Shown here one piece after another: positions 39,360 through 52,339 of a stretch of DNA of 64,000 nucleotides. Both the position numbers and the translations under genes were made by a program. Every line of letters begins with the position of its first letter. Position 1 is the first letter of the stretch. Source of the DNA: Octopus bimaculoides (taxonomy: Eukaryota); contig NC_069001.1 of the NCBI RefSeq assembly GCF_001194135.2, positions 23,957,895-24,021,894 of the forward strand, in the 5' to 3' direction. The notes beneath the pieces are model-generated. The model was not told where the DNA came from and made no database searches. It saw only the letters and a program-made list of their open reading frames with translations.

Positions 39360-40088
39360 CTTAGCTTTTACTTGTTTCAGTTATTAGACTGTGGCCATGC
39401 TGGAACACCACCTTCGAGAATTTTTAGTTGAATGAATTGAACCCAGTACTTACATTTTTCCTAAGCCTGCTACTTTTTCTATTGGACTTTCTTGCTGAAC
39501 TGCTAAGTTATGGGGACATAGATACACTAATACCAGTTTGTCAAGTGGTACTAGGGGACAAACACAGCCACAATGACGCACACATTGATATATATATATA
39601 TATATATACATATAAACAATGGGCTTCTTTCAGTTTCCATCTACTACACACACACACACATGCACATACGCATACATACACACACACATGCACGCACATG
39701 ATGGGCTTCCCGTTTCTTTTTTCTGTATTGCCCACAAGGGGCTAAACATAGAGGGGACAAACAAGGATCGACAAATGGATTAAGTCGATTACATCTACCC
39801 CAGTGCGTACTTAATTTATCAACCCCGAAAGGATGAAAGCAAAGTCGACCTCGGCGGAATTTGAACTCAGAACGTAACGACAGACAAAATACTGCTAAGC
39901 ATTTCGCCCAGCATGCTAATGTTTCTGCCAGCTCACCGCCTTTCAGTTTCTGCCAGCCAAATCTACTCACAAGGTTTTGTTTGGCCCAAGGCTATGGTAG
40001 AAGACAACCAAGGTCTCATGCAATGAGATGAAAACACAAACCATGTGGTTGAGAAGCAAGTTTCTTACCACACAGCCACACCTGCGCT
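39360..40088 (-). mobile_element. SINE A with nested SINE B (39716-39938)
   Basis: A tail, then B complete in the same orientation, then A head half. Confidence 0.8.
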
Positions 40089-40699
40089 ATAAACAATGTC
40101 CAATCAACATGTTAGATACAGTAACTATTCTAAAAATTTTAGAAAAGCAGCCAAATCACTCACTATAGTCATGAAAGAGACTGAAACACCAAATATAGTA
40201 TTCTTAAGAATACAATAATACAACACTTACTTTGGTTTAGCAATGGCATCTATGCCTTGCTTTCTTTGCCAAACTTATGAGAAGAAAAATAATTAATTTA
40301 GAAAAATACCAAGAATTTAGAGTGATTGTGATTTTGTAAAATACCGAGTGGTCTCCATATCAATTTGATGTTTGAAACATAAAGGTTCTTTCTACATGAA
40401 ATTATGCTGGAAAGTGCTGTCTTCAATATGAATAATTCAAAATCAGAGATTGCTTTTCCTTAAAACTAGTGTAAGAGGTGTGAAAGGGTTAAATCATCAC
40501 CTGAAATTAATGTTAAAATCTTTGTTTTCTATTCAGTGTGTCGTTCTTTAAATTAAGCCTAGAACAGCATGGATATTCATTCCAAAGTGATAATGGAGTT
40601 GCTGTTTAATCCAAGGTGAGCCCTGATCAAGTAAACATTTGATCAAATGCATTTTATCTGTGATCTTATTTTTTATTTCTAGTTTCTCTCTCTTTCTCT

Positions 40700-40915
40700 C
40701 TCATCATCATCATCGATTAACGTCCATTTTCCATGCTGGCTTGGGTTGGACAGTTTTACTGGGGACTGGTAAACCAGGCTGCACCAGGCTGCAGTCTGAT
40801 CTGGCAAGGTTTCTACAGCTGGAAGCCCTTCCTAATGCCAACCACTCCGAGAGTGTAGTGGGTGCTTTTTACATGCCACCAGCATGGGAGCCTGTCACAC
40901 AGTACTTGCATCAGC
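40700..40915 (-). mobile_element. RTE LINE 3' UTR fragment
   Basis: (CAT)n followed by the family UTR. Confidence 0.8.
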
Positions 40916-41129
40916 CACATGCACACACACACACACACACACACACAGTGTAAGTTTGGAGAGATGTATTATCTGGGCGGATACCATGGTGGCTCTCAGC
41001 TATGATCCAGGTTTTGGCTAACCACATCATTCAGTATTTAACATCTATGACTATTATTGACTACTGGTGTCGGTGTGTTTACATTTCCTTATGTAAGTAT
41101 AAATTCAATTAGTCCAAAATAGGTCCAAA

Positions 41130-42330
41130 TGCAAATAAAATCAACACACATAATACTTGCCTAAATGCATCCATGGTCGTTACAATATACGTATGTTTTT
41201 TTCTTTTCCTTTTCTTTTCTATCAACATAAGTATCTTAGAAGCTAGCTAGCTTTAATTCTTTAACTTTTTAATTTTTAAATCTTAAATTTCAATTTTTAA
41301 TTTAACTTTGGACTTTTAATTTTTAATTTTTAATTCTTTAATTTTTGTCTTTTATCCATTTAATTGTTGTTTTATCCTATGTATACCCCCTTAAATTAGG
41401 CATCTATTTTTAGCTATCCTACTGACCACTGAACTAAATATTCTCTATGACCACACCTAATTTAGAATTCATCTATTTGATTAAAAGACAAATACTTGTC
41501 ACCTCCACTTTGCTGAAACCTTAACGCCTGACCTCTCACCCCGAAGAATAATACTGGCATCTTATCGTTTTTATTTTTTATTTTTATTTTTATTTTTGAT
41601 CTTACTTTTCCTCTCATTCGTTTTTTTCCCACACCTACCCCATTCATTTCTTTTCTCTCTTTTCTCTCTTCTATCCTCCCACTCACAACCCATTTCTGTC
41701 TGTCTCGATGTCTGTCTTCCTCACTCTATATACTCATGTGGACCATTTACATACTAGCTAACCACTTAATCCCTTACTTCAACATGAACGCATCATTCAA
41801 AATACTACCAAAATACTGCCTGTATATACCTGGGATTATACCTAAGGGCCTATATCTTCATGGAAGTATGGAACATCCTCCATACCCTCTGGAAAAAGAT
41901 GAACTGTGAACTTTATTCTCCTGGCTGTATTCTTCTATCTACTTTTACTCTTTATTCTTCCATTTTATTCCTTATAAACTAAATTTCCCTGTCTAGAACT
42001 TTTATACATACTCACCGTGTCTCTGATGACAGAATACCCAGTGTATGAAAATACTAGCCTATCACTTGGGATATCCCAGAAACAGCTGTAAGACATCAAA
42101 TTCCCCTTACCCTAATTAAATATTCTAAATGACTTGAGATACCTGTCCTGCCTTGGTTTTTGTTGTTCATTTTCTTCTAATATAATATATACCTGCTAAA
42201 ATGGAAGCCTAATACGGATCCCTAGCTCCAGCCTCAGTTGGGAACTTGGAACCTAATTGATGACCAATTATACAGCTTACTCAGCGTACTTATTCATTTC
42301 GATCACCAGTGAACTGAACCCCACACATTC
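41130..42330 (+). mobile_element. Probable PLE 3' region (end of ORF, pyrimidine-rich UTR, HHR)
   Basis: KCIHGRY resembles the PLE ORF-terminal CxH motif. The T/C-rich tract is like 61900-62680, and a HHR motif lies at 42018. Confidence 0.55.
42018..42095 (+). ncRNA. Type I hammerhead motif with extended, partly decayed stem II
   Basis: UGUCU-CUGAUGA-[...CCCAGUG...CACUUGGG...]-GAAA-CAGCUG-UA-AGACA. Stem I is 5 bp and stem III is the palindrome ACAGCUGU. The base of stem II is mismatched. Confidence 0.7.
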
Positions 42331-43741
42331 TATTTATATATGTATATGTATATTTATATATATATGTATTTTGTTAAGGTTATTTCTACATCTATTCAAT
42401 AAAAGTTATAGCCAGCACTGAATTTTTGGCTGCAACATTTCATATCGAGATGTAAGATATAAATAAACAATGAGATTGAAGACAGAAATGGGTAATGAGT
42501 GTATTAGCCATATTTCAGGGATGGGGGTGGTTTCCCTTCATCAGCACCCATTTAACCCATTTTTGCTTCTGAACTCATTGCTTATATAGCCACCACATAC
42601 AACGGTGTTAAGTTACTGGATATGCCAATTTACATATTAAATGCATTCCTGAATCTGCTACGTAAAGACTAGTGATTTGTAGGTATGCGGTATTTTGTTA
42701 TGCAACCAGACTATGCTATAAACTATATTAAATGGTTTTATAAGTCAATATTAATACATATGTCTACGTTCTGAGTTCAAATTCCACCGAGGTCAACTTT
42801 GCCTTTCATCCTTTCAGGGTTGATAAATTAAGTACCAGTTGCGTACTAGGGTTGATCTTGTCAACTGGCCCCCTCCCCAAAAATTTTGGGCCTTGTGGCT
42901 AGAATAGAAAAGAGTATTAATATATATGTATACACACACACACATACATATAAATATATGTATATGTATACTCTTTTACTTTCTTTTACTTGTTTCAGTC
43001 ATTTGACTGTGGCCATGCTGGAGCACCGCCTTTAGTTGAGCAAATCGACCCCAAGACTTATTCTTTGTAAGCCTAGTACTTATTCTATTGGTCTATTTTG
43101 TTGAACCGCTAAGTTACGGGGACGTAAATACCATCATCGGTTGTCAAGTGATGTTGGGGGGACAAACAGACACACGAACATACACACACACACATACACT
43201 TATATATATATATATATATATATATATNNNNNNNNNNNNNNNNNNNNNNNNNNNNNNNNNNNNNNNNNNNNNNNNNNNNNNNNNNNNNNNNNNNNNNNNN
43301 NNNNNNNNNNNNNNNNNNNNNNNNNNNNNNNNNNNNNNNNNNNNNNNNNNNNNNNNNNNNNNNNNNNNNNNNNNNNNNNNNNNNNNNNNNNNNNNNNNNN
43401 NNNNNNNNNNNNNNNNNNNNNNNNNNNNNNNNNNNNNNNNNNNNNNNNNNNNNNNNNNNNNNNNNNNNNNNNNNNNNNNNNNNNNNNNNNNNNNNNNNNN
43501 NNNNNNNNNNNNNNNNNNNNNNNNNNNNNNNNNNNNNNNNNNNNNNNNNNNNNNNNNNNNNNNNNNNNNNNNNNNNNNNNNNNNNNNNNNNNNNNNNNNN
43601 NNNNNNNNNNNNNNNNNNNNNNNNNNNNNNNNNNNNNNNNNNNNNNNNNNNNNNNNNNNNNNNNNNNNNNNNNNNNNNNNNNNNNNNNNNNNNNNNNNNN
43701 NNNNNNNNNNNNNNNNNNNNNNNNNNNNNNNNNNNNNNNNN

Positions 43742-43783
<42 letters not shown>

Positions 43784-44041
43784 TCTTCTTCATCATTTTA
43801 TGTGTATTTTTCCTTGCTTACTTAATCTCATGGAACTCATGTAGGCAGATTGTCTGCAGCTTGATGCCTTACCTGTCACCAACCCTCACCTGTTTCAGTG
43901 CAAGGTATATCTCCTACTTTCCTATCGCCAGATTTGTTTACACAGAACATTGGAGGAAACAGGATACCAGTTTACTGATGGTTACACTCACTCACATCTA
44001 TCACATGAAGTCAGACAAGACACAGATACCTCTGCTCCACT

Positions 44042-44072
<31 letters not shown>

Positions 44073-44206
44073 TACATACTTATAATATACAATTTCATCA
44101 AACAAATCCTTGGAAGAAACGCTTACCCAAAGTGTCACGCAGAAAATCTACACCTGGAACCATTCAGGTGGAAAGCAAATTTCATAATGACACAATCATA
44201 TATGTA

Positions 44207-44239
<33 letters not shown>

Positions 44240-44260
44240 CATCATCGTCATCGTCGTCAT

Positions 44261-44289
<29 letters not shown>

Positions 44290-44291
<2 letters not shown>

Positions 44292-45240
44292 ATTGTTTAA
44301 CATCCATTATCCATTTGCACACATTTCTCACCTACCACATCCCTATTCTCTCTGATACACTGCTTTGCAATCCTGAACACCTCACACTTCTGATCCTCAT
44401 GCTGTAGAACATTTGCAAATCTCTTACTTTCAGCTACTTCTTTTGCTATGTATACCTGATGCCTAGCTGCCCTTCTGACTACCTGATATAATTCTCTGCT
44501 TCCAGTGTTTTCCGAGTCTTTCCAGGCCTGTCTTTTTGCTTTTATAGCATTGTCAACCGCCTTGCTCCACCACCATGCCATCCTTGGTGTAGCTGGGTCT
44601 CTGCACCAACCACAGATTTCGTCCGTAGCCCTCAGTAGATTATCCCACAGGAACTTCCAATTGTCCTCTAAGCTATATGTCCCCAACTCTTCCTCTCTTT
44701 CGTTTTGTCTGTTTGCTGGGTCTTTGAGCTTCCATAGTCTTCTTTTCCAGATTAATTTATTTCTCCGAGTCTTGCTAGCTCTAATTCTGAAGTCACTAAC
44801 TAGTAACCTATGTTGGGTTGTACATTCTTCACCTGAAACGGAGGTAGTCAATCTGGCTTACGCGCTCACCTGACTGATTAGTGATTAGGTGACAGGTTGG
44901 CTTTTTTTTAAGTTAGTGTTGCAGATCATGAGATCATTTGCATCAAAGAACTCCAACAGTCTTGTTCCCTCCTCATTTCTAGGTCCAAAACCATAGACCC
45001 CATGCCCTCCCTGGAATCCATGGGGATGCTGTCCAACATGTCCATTGGAGTCACCAGCCACAATAAAAAATCTCTGTCATTTGTCAATGAGGTGGTCTGC
45101 AAAAGGATCTCATAGAATTGGTCCTTCTGCTCATCAGTCACCCCAGACTGAGGGGCATAGGGAGAAATAAATGTAACTGTTAATTTACCTATGATAAGTC
45201 TCATCTTAATTACCCTATCACAATCTCTGTCCACCTCAGT
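44290..45240 (-). pseudogene. RTE LINE fragment: AP endonuclease C-terminal half and linker
   Basis: FISPYAPQSGVTDEQKDQFYE, GEECTTQHRLLVSDFRI, AWWWSKAVDNAIKAKRQAWK and VFRIAKQCIRENRDVVGEKCV, with frameshifts. Confidence 0.9.
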
Positions 45241-45558
45241 TAACATATATATATATATATATATATACTTACACTAGTGTGAATATACTATCTTTGAGAT
45301 AGCATGTGTTACATTTATTTGATATCATTACATCATATATTCCTATAGTGTATATGTTTAAGTGATAGATATGGCATGCATGTAGGAAGAATGGTGGAAA
45401 AACATGTAACATGAAATGAGCTTGAATGTCAACAGTGGAAAGCATAAAATAGAGCTATAAGATGAACTGCAATTATGTTAAAAGATTGTGCATTTATAAA
45501 GGAATAAAAAATTACTACCTAAATACAGCCAATAAATCTTTATATATATATATATATA

Positions 45559-45599
<41 letters not shown>

Positions 45600-45802
45600 N
45601 NNNNNNNNNNNNNNNNNNNNNNNNNNNNNNNNNNNNNNNNNNNNNNNNNNNNNNNNNNNNNNNNNNNNNNNNNNNNNNNNNNNNNNNNNNNNNNNNNNNN
45701 NNNNNNNNNNNNNNNNNNNNNNNNNNNNNNNNNNNNNNNNNNNNNNNNNNNNNNNNNNNNNNNNNNNNNNNNNNNNNNNNNNNNNNNNNNNNNNNNNNNN
45801 NN

Positions 45803-45888
<86 letters not shown>

Positions 45889-47135
45889 CTCTTTTAATAC
45901 AGTTTGTATTCATTACTAAAGACAATATCATTCTAAGTACTGCTATGCAATCTATGTCGTGTAGTGAAAAATTAAGCCCCTCTCAATCACATTATCATCA
46001 CCCTTTTCATACAAATCAAAGCAAAGAAGTGTATTGTTTAGTTATATGCAGCATGCAGATATATATAAACAAATACTGCTACATGCAAAATGAAAGTGAA
46101 GTAAAGCTTGCTGATGTATAGATATTTAATAGCAATATAATCATAGTAATAATGTTTAAAAGAAAAATACTTTATGTATATTTACCATTGTTAAAGGAAT
46201 GAAAGTGTGCAACAGCTGAAAATGTAAATTTTAAAGCAGATACTTATAAGATGAAATATTGCAAAGTGGTTGTCAACAGAATGTGCTTTTAATATTAAAA
46301 TCAATGATGAATAGATATAGTGAAAGATAATAGTGAATCCTACTACCGAAGAGGTTTCAATACAAAATGTTGTCAGCAGCTGAAACCTGCTCAAAACAAA
46401 CCATTATTTGTATCAAAGAAGGTGGAAGAAAACACGCTATTAATGATAATAAATGTGTTAGAAAAAAGCTATGAACGTTTTCGAATGACTTATATGACGC
46501 ACAAGTAGCAAATGAAGTTGTAGAGATATTTGAACATGAAATGTTAGCCATGAAGAAATTCACATGACGAGTTGTGTTTGCACATCCACTGTAGTCCAGT
46601 CATGAACACTTCACTCTGGCTGAGGACAGTATAAAGGAGGTGACAGTATATCATTGCACGTACATTTATTTTTAGAATGACGTTGTAGGACAGGTGTGAA
46701 AGGTTGGATTTTGACTGTTTGAGCATAAAAACGGGGAGAGTATTTGGGTCAGATATGGCTGATTTATATACTGAAGGATTAAAGAAGGAAATTTGTATAA
46801 GAAGCAAGGGTGGTTCTAAATGGGCCACCTTCAAAGAAGTTAATGTTTTAACCATAATTATCACTCAATGTAACAAAAAGAGAGGACATTTTGATAAACA
46901 GATAATGATAAAATGAATTTTGAATTTGGTTTGCAAGAGTGAAACAAATCTTGTTGTATCTTAGGAGGGTCATTATGCTAATAATAATAAACACAGGCAC
47001 AGGTCAACTATCACTTCTTTGATTGATTATCTAACCAACTAACTAATTGATTGTTTGTTTAATGGGTTGTAAAGCAATCGATCATGTTTCTTTTGTTTGT
47101 TAGTCAAAGTCCTTCTATTACTATTTGTGACCTTA

Positions 47136-47308
47136 TTAACCCTTTAGCATTTAAACTACTTATATCCAGCCAAAATATTCTACCTGTTTTATCTTTAGAT
47201 CAGACAGCTCTGGCCTCTCACATCTATCCTGTAGTGCTATTTTAAAAATAAACAAGCATCTAATCAAAATCTCAAAGCTATGAGACAATGGATGATTAAT
47301 TCAAGACA
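47136..47308. mobile_element. TTAA-type MITE, truncated by an RTE insertion
   Basis: Starts TTAA|CCCTTTAGCATTTAAAC; homologous to 23806-23989. Confidence 0.65.
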
Positions 47309-47309
47309 A

Positions 47310-47740
47310 TCATCATCATCGTTGTTTAACATCCGCTTTCCATGCTAGCATGGGTTGGATGATTTGACTGAGGACTGGTGAAACCAGAAGGCTGCACCAG
47401 GCTCCAATCTGATTTGGCAGTGTTTCTACAGCTGGATGCCCTTCCTAACACCAACCACTCCAAGAGTGTAATGGGTGCTTTTACGTGCCACCGGCACGAG
47501 GGCCAGTCACACGGTACTTGCAACAGCCACGCTCAAGATGATGTTTTTTATGTGCCACCTGCACAGGAGCCAGTCCAGCGGCACTAGCAATGACCTTGCT
47601 CGAATGATTTACTAGCGTGCCACCAGCACAAGTGCCAGAAGGTGATGCAGATAACGATCATGCTCCACGGTGCTATTTACGGGCCACTAGCACGGAAGTC
47701 AGACAGCTGCTCTGGCAATTAACACGCTCGGACTGTGCTG
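47310..47740 (-). mobile_element. RTE LINE 3' UTR
   Basis: Same family as 27391-27880. Confidence 0.85.
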
Positions 47741-47982
47741 TTAATATATACAGATATACATTAGATATATTTGCATATGCAGCAACCCCAGTTGTTAACT
47801 GAGAACCATAAATAACTTTTTTCAGCTTATTGAACTTCCATACAGGAAAAATTTACAACCTTCTACGTCAACAAACCACAATTGTTCCTGAAAGTTGTTT
47901 TTTATACATTCTACGGACTGCTCGAAGCTTACTAACTTCCTACACCTTGATCCTTGGATCTCACCTTTGCATNNNNNNNNNN

Positions 47983-48023
<41 letters not shown>

Positions 48024-48025
48024 TA

Positions 48026-48720
48026 GTTGAATAAAGTTACATCATAGTCTGGTTTTCACGTTTTTTATTATTGTATTTAAAAAAATGTTTTACAATGTTG
48101 AAGTGTGTTAAACATTATAAACATATTTTGTAATTTTCATAAGGTTCAATTAGCACTTTCGTATGTTTGTAGTATTCATCAAACTTGTTCTGAATGAAAA
48201 TAACCACAATAATATAATAACCAGTTAATGATGTGGAATAAAAAATATCTTTAACATATGAATATAAACAAATTATAGAAGACTCCCACTGATAGAATAA
48301 CAATGATAGAAACCAACCAAGTTTGCTCACTCATAAAACCATTACATGTAAACCACAAGCTAATTGGTTAAAATGAAGATCTATGCCAGTAATATCAGTG
48401 CTCCCAGCAAACCATGATGTTTAAGCTGCATACTGATTGATCAAAATTGTATTCCAAAAATTCAGCTTGCTGGAGCATTCTAAGAGATATAAAAAGGAAG
48501 CAGTCAATCATTTTACTATACTTGTCAAGAACTCAACTCTCTGTTGAATACATTTTGAAATCTGATGATTACTATGAACGTATGAAAGCACTAATTGGAC
48601 TTGATGAACATTACAAAATATTTTTTTTTAATGTTTAACATACTTCAACATTGTAAAAAAATGTTTAAAATACAATAATAAAATACATGAAAACTGGACC
48701 ATGTTGTAACTTTATTCAAC
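48026..48720. repeat. Foldback element (arms ~48026-48190 and ~48555-48720), each arm with a hammerhead motif
   Basis: Arms are reverse complements, about 80% by eye, beginning GTTGAATAAAGTTACA. HHR cores at 48559-48596 (+) and 48148-48185 (-). Confidence 0.85.
48559..48596 (+). ncRNA. Decayed minimal type I hammerhead
   Basis: AAU-CUGAUGA-UUAC(UAUGAAC)GUAU-GAAA-GCAC-UA-AUU. Confidence 0.55.
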
Positions 48721-48806
48721 TGATTCCTTATTCTATACACATCTACACAAATTTGGAAGAAGTATACATATATATATGTGTGTGTGTGTGTTTGTATGTA
48801 TGTATG

Positions 48807-48856
<50 letters not shown>

Positions 48857-49134
48857 TATGTTTCAGACATTAGACTGTGGCAGTTCCTTGAAGATTCTTA
48901 TAGCTGTAATTTAACTGCTATTTCTAGCATTTGTGTGTGTTTCTGTCCTTCTTTGCAGTATGTACTTTTATGACAAGAATTAAATGCCAGTATTATTAAC
49001 ACATGCATTTAAACTTATGATGTATGAATTCTTTGCGTATGTTAGAACTGGAAGAAATAGTAGCCAAATCCCCCACAAATTACACCATGCTGACTAATGT
49101 ACATAGATACATATTTATATAAGCGTCATCTGCT

Positions 49135-49410
49135 ATAACCTTGGGCTGACGAAATCCTTGTGGGTGGGTTTGGTAGACGGAAACTGAAAGAAGCCCATCA
49201 TATATATGTGTTTATGTGTGTGTTTGTCCCCTCTATTGCTTGACAACCAGCGTTTGTGTGCTTATGTCCCCATAACTTAGTGGTTTGGCAAAAAGTGACT
49301 GATAGAATAAGTACTAGGCTTTAAGAAATAAGTCCTGGGGTCGATTTGTTTGACTAAAACCCTTCAAGGTGGTGCCCCAGCATGGCCACCATCAAAAATG
49401 ACTGAAACAA
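49135..49410 (+). mobile_element. SINE family A (5' truncated)
   Basis: Family middle and tail motifs. Confidence 0.8.
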
Positions 49411-49434
49411 GTAAAAGATAAAAGACATGTACTA

Positions 49435-49725
49435 CTACTACTACTACTACTTTCGCAACAGCATCAATAATATCAACAACAGCAATACTAACAGAACCAC
49501 TATCACCTCCACCGCCACCACTACACCACCACCACCACCACCACCACAACCACCGCCTTCACCACACCACTACTAGCACCACTGCCACCACAACCACCAT
49601 CACCTTCACCACCACCTCTGCTGCCACCGCCAACACACCGCCGGCACCACCACTGCTGCTGCTGCCCCCTCCCAACACAGCACCCCCCCACACCCACCAC
49701 CGTCCTCCACAACAACAACAACAAC
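49435..49725. repeat. (TAC)/(CAC)/(CAA) compound microsatellite
   Basis: Direct reading. Confidence 0.9.
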
Positions 49726-50034
49726 ATCTTGACTTTTGAATGTTAAATCCTTTGAATGCTGTCTCACATTAAAGGCAAGATGATTACAGCTAGAAATAAC
49801 GATCATGGGATTTTAGTGTTCGCCTATCTCTCTAATATGTAAAACCTGCTCAAGCAGAAAAAGATTAGCAACATATAACAACATCTTCTAGAAAGAACAG
49901 CCAAGACCTCCTTCTTATCTTCATTTTACACACTTTAAATGCAAGGAGAAAAAAAAGAAAAAGAATGAAAGGCGATGCTGAATAATGTAGCTTTAGATAA
50001 AGCTATGTCTAAAAATATTTGATTCTTTTCTTCT

Positions 50035-50610
50035 TTCATCTTTTACTTGTTTCAGTCATTAGACTGCGGCCATGCTGGGGCACCACTTTGAAGAAAATTT
50101 TCTAGTTGAATGAATCGACCCCACGACTTATTCTTTTAAGCCTGGTACTTATTCTTTCGGTTGCTTTTACCAAACTGCTAAGTTACATACCAGCACCAGT
50201 TGTCAAGCGATGTTGGCGGACAAACACAGCCACAAAGACACACATACATAAATATTCACACACACACACACACACATACATACATGCATGCACTCACACA
50301 CACACACATGCACGCATGCACTCACACACATATATGATGGGCCTCATTCACGCATGCACTCACACATATATATGATGGGCCTCATTCAGTTTATTTCTTT
50401 ATTGCCCACAAGGGGCTAAACATAGAGGGGACAAACAAGGACAGACAAAGGAATTAAGTCAATTACATCAACCCCAGTGCGTAACTGGTACTTAATTTAT
50501 CGACCCCGAAAGGATGAAAGGCAAAGTCGACCTCGGCGGAATTTGAACTCAGAACGTAACAGCAGACGAAATACTGCTAAGCATTTCGCCCGGCATGCTA
50601 ATGTTTCTGT
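50035..50610 (-). mobile_element. SINE A tail part (50035-50350) and SINE B (50392-50610)
   Basis: Family motifs in reverse complement; a ~36-bp local duplication lies at ~50310-50385. Confidence 0.8.
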
Positions 50611-51626
50611 CAGCTCTTCTCTAATGTTTCTGCCAGCCCTTCATGACACCAACCACACTACAGAGTGTACTGGGTGTTTTTTTACATGTCAACAGCACAG
50701 GTATCATCTGCCAAGGCCAATTTTGACTCGCATCTTTTTTGAGGTTGTTAAAATAAGTACCAGTTAAGCACTGGGGTGATGTAATTGACTTGTCCCTTCT
50801 CCTGAAATTGCTGGCCATGTGCCAAAATTAGAAAGAATTATTTCAAGCTAGGTTATCATTTCCTGACAGAAGTATCACTGTTTCTCATGACATGAGCCAG
50901 GGTTTCAACACTGAACATACAGAGCTTAGACAGCTACCACAAGGTATCCTTGAGTAGCACATTGCTTTGCCAGCTCCAAAAAGACAAAAGCAAGTCGGCC
51001 ATGCAAAGATTTGAAATCAGACTGCAGAAAACCAAACCAGATACTACAAAACATTCTATATAAAATTTTAACATGTCCAATTGTGCTACAATCAATACAT
51101 AAGAAAATGCATAAACATAATTCTGTGTTGGGTTATAATGCCAATTAAGAGTACATCTAAATGTGCACATGTATGTGTCAAAATCTCCTGGACACTAAAT
51201 ATGTACAGTGCATAGATCATCTCTTTCTTTGTCAATATCAAAATCAAACATTAATTTACTACTCCGCAATAACTATCAAACCTACAGCAATTTAGAATGT
51301 GTAAATAGCCTAAGAAAACATCGTTTAATCATCGTGAATATTTGCTCTTGATCTACTAATAAACTCTGAGATAAATCAAAAAGCACCAGCATATATGTAT
51401 TTATGCATTTATAGGAGTATGTAATTATGCATTCATTCTTCTCTCTCTCCCCTCTCTCTCCTCAATCTCTCTCTGTCTATCTGATGCATGCATGTATGTG
51501 TATAGCTATAGCTACACATATACTTATACATACATACATATAATTAATATATATGTAATAATATATATATATATATATATATAAATATATGTGTGTGTGT
51601 GTGCATGTATGTATCCATCAGTCGTT

Positions 51627-51670
<44 letters not shown>

Positions 51671-51831
51671 TCCTCTGTCTGTCTACCTGTATTTATGTGT
51701 ATATAAGTATTGTATATGTATATTATATATATACAAATATGAATATATATATATATATATATGGATATATGTATATATATATATATGTGTATATAAATAT
51801 ATAAATATATATATATGTATATATATATGTG

Positions 51832-51875
<44 letters not shown>

Positions 51876-52339
51876 TGTGTGTGTATGAGTGCCTGTGAGT
51901 TTGTACACATGCATGCGATGTGCATATTTGCATTTCTGAATGTATTTCTTCCTGATTATAGTTTTAATATTTTCATGTATATATTTATATCTCTGTGCAT
52001 GCATTTCTGGATGCCATGTACTTATATTTGGCTAACAGGTTAAGATGCTCATTTTGTTATCATAGGATTGTGAGTTCAATATCATTCTGTAACACTGAGG
52101 TAAATATGTTTTTAATATAGTCCTGAAGAGCTCAAAGCTTTGTGAATGAAAACTTTGCTGAAGGCCATCAATTTGATTCAAACATCCAACTTTGTTACTT
52201 TCTATCTTACACTAATTTTGTCTGAGAATTACATTCAGAAAATACGTACTATGTTATACTCAGCCTTGTATATGCTATTTTCATCAACAAGTAGCTCACT
52301 TGATCATGTGATTAATAATCATCAATGAACGTGGAAGTT

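Noticed and set aside
42503-42548. Minus-strand CTGATGA-AGGG...CCCT-GAAA motif; weaker similar motifs near 19690, 21515, 39150 and 57975
   Set aside because: No valid NUH/stem III or stem I in these copies; too decayed to call individually.
50934-51170. Minus-strand ORF with LISNLCMADLLL, resembling GPCR TM2
   Set aside because: Short, stop soon after, and no other TM motifs or partner exons. Another frame (LAFVFLELAK...LVVAV*ALY) looks more like decayed RTE RT.
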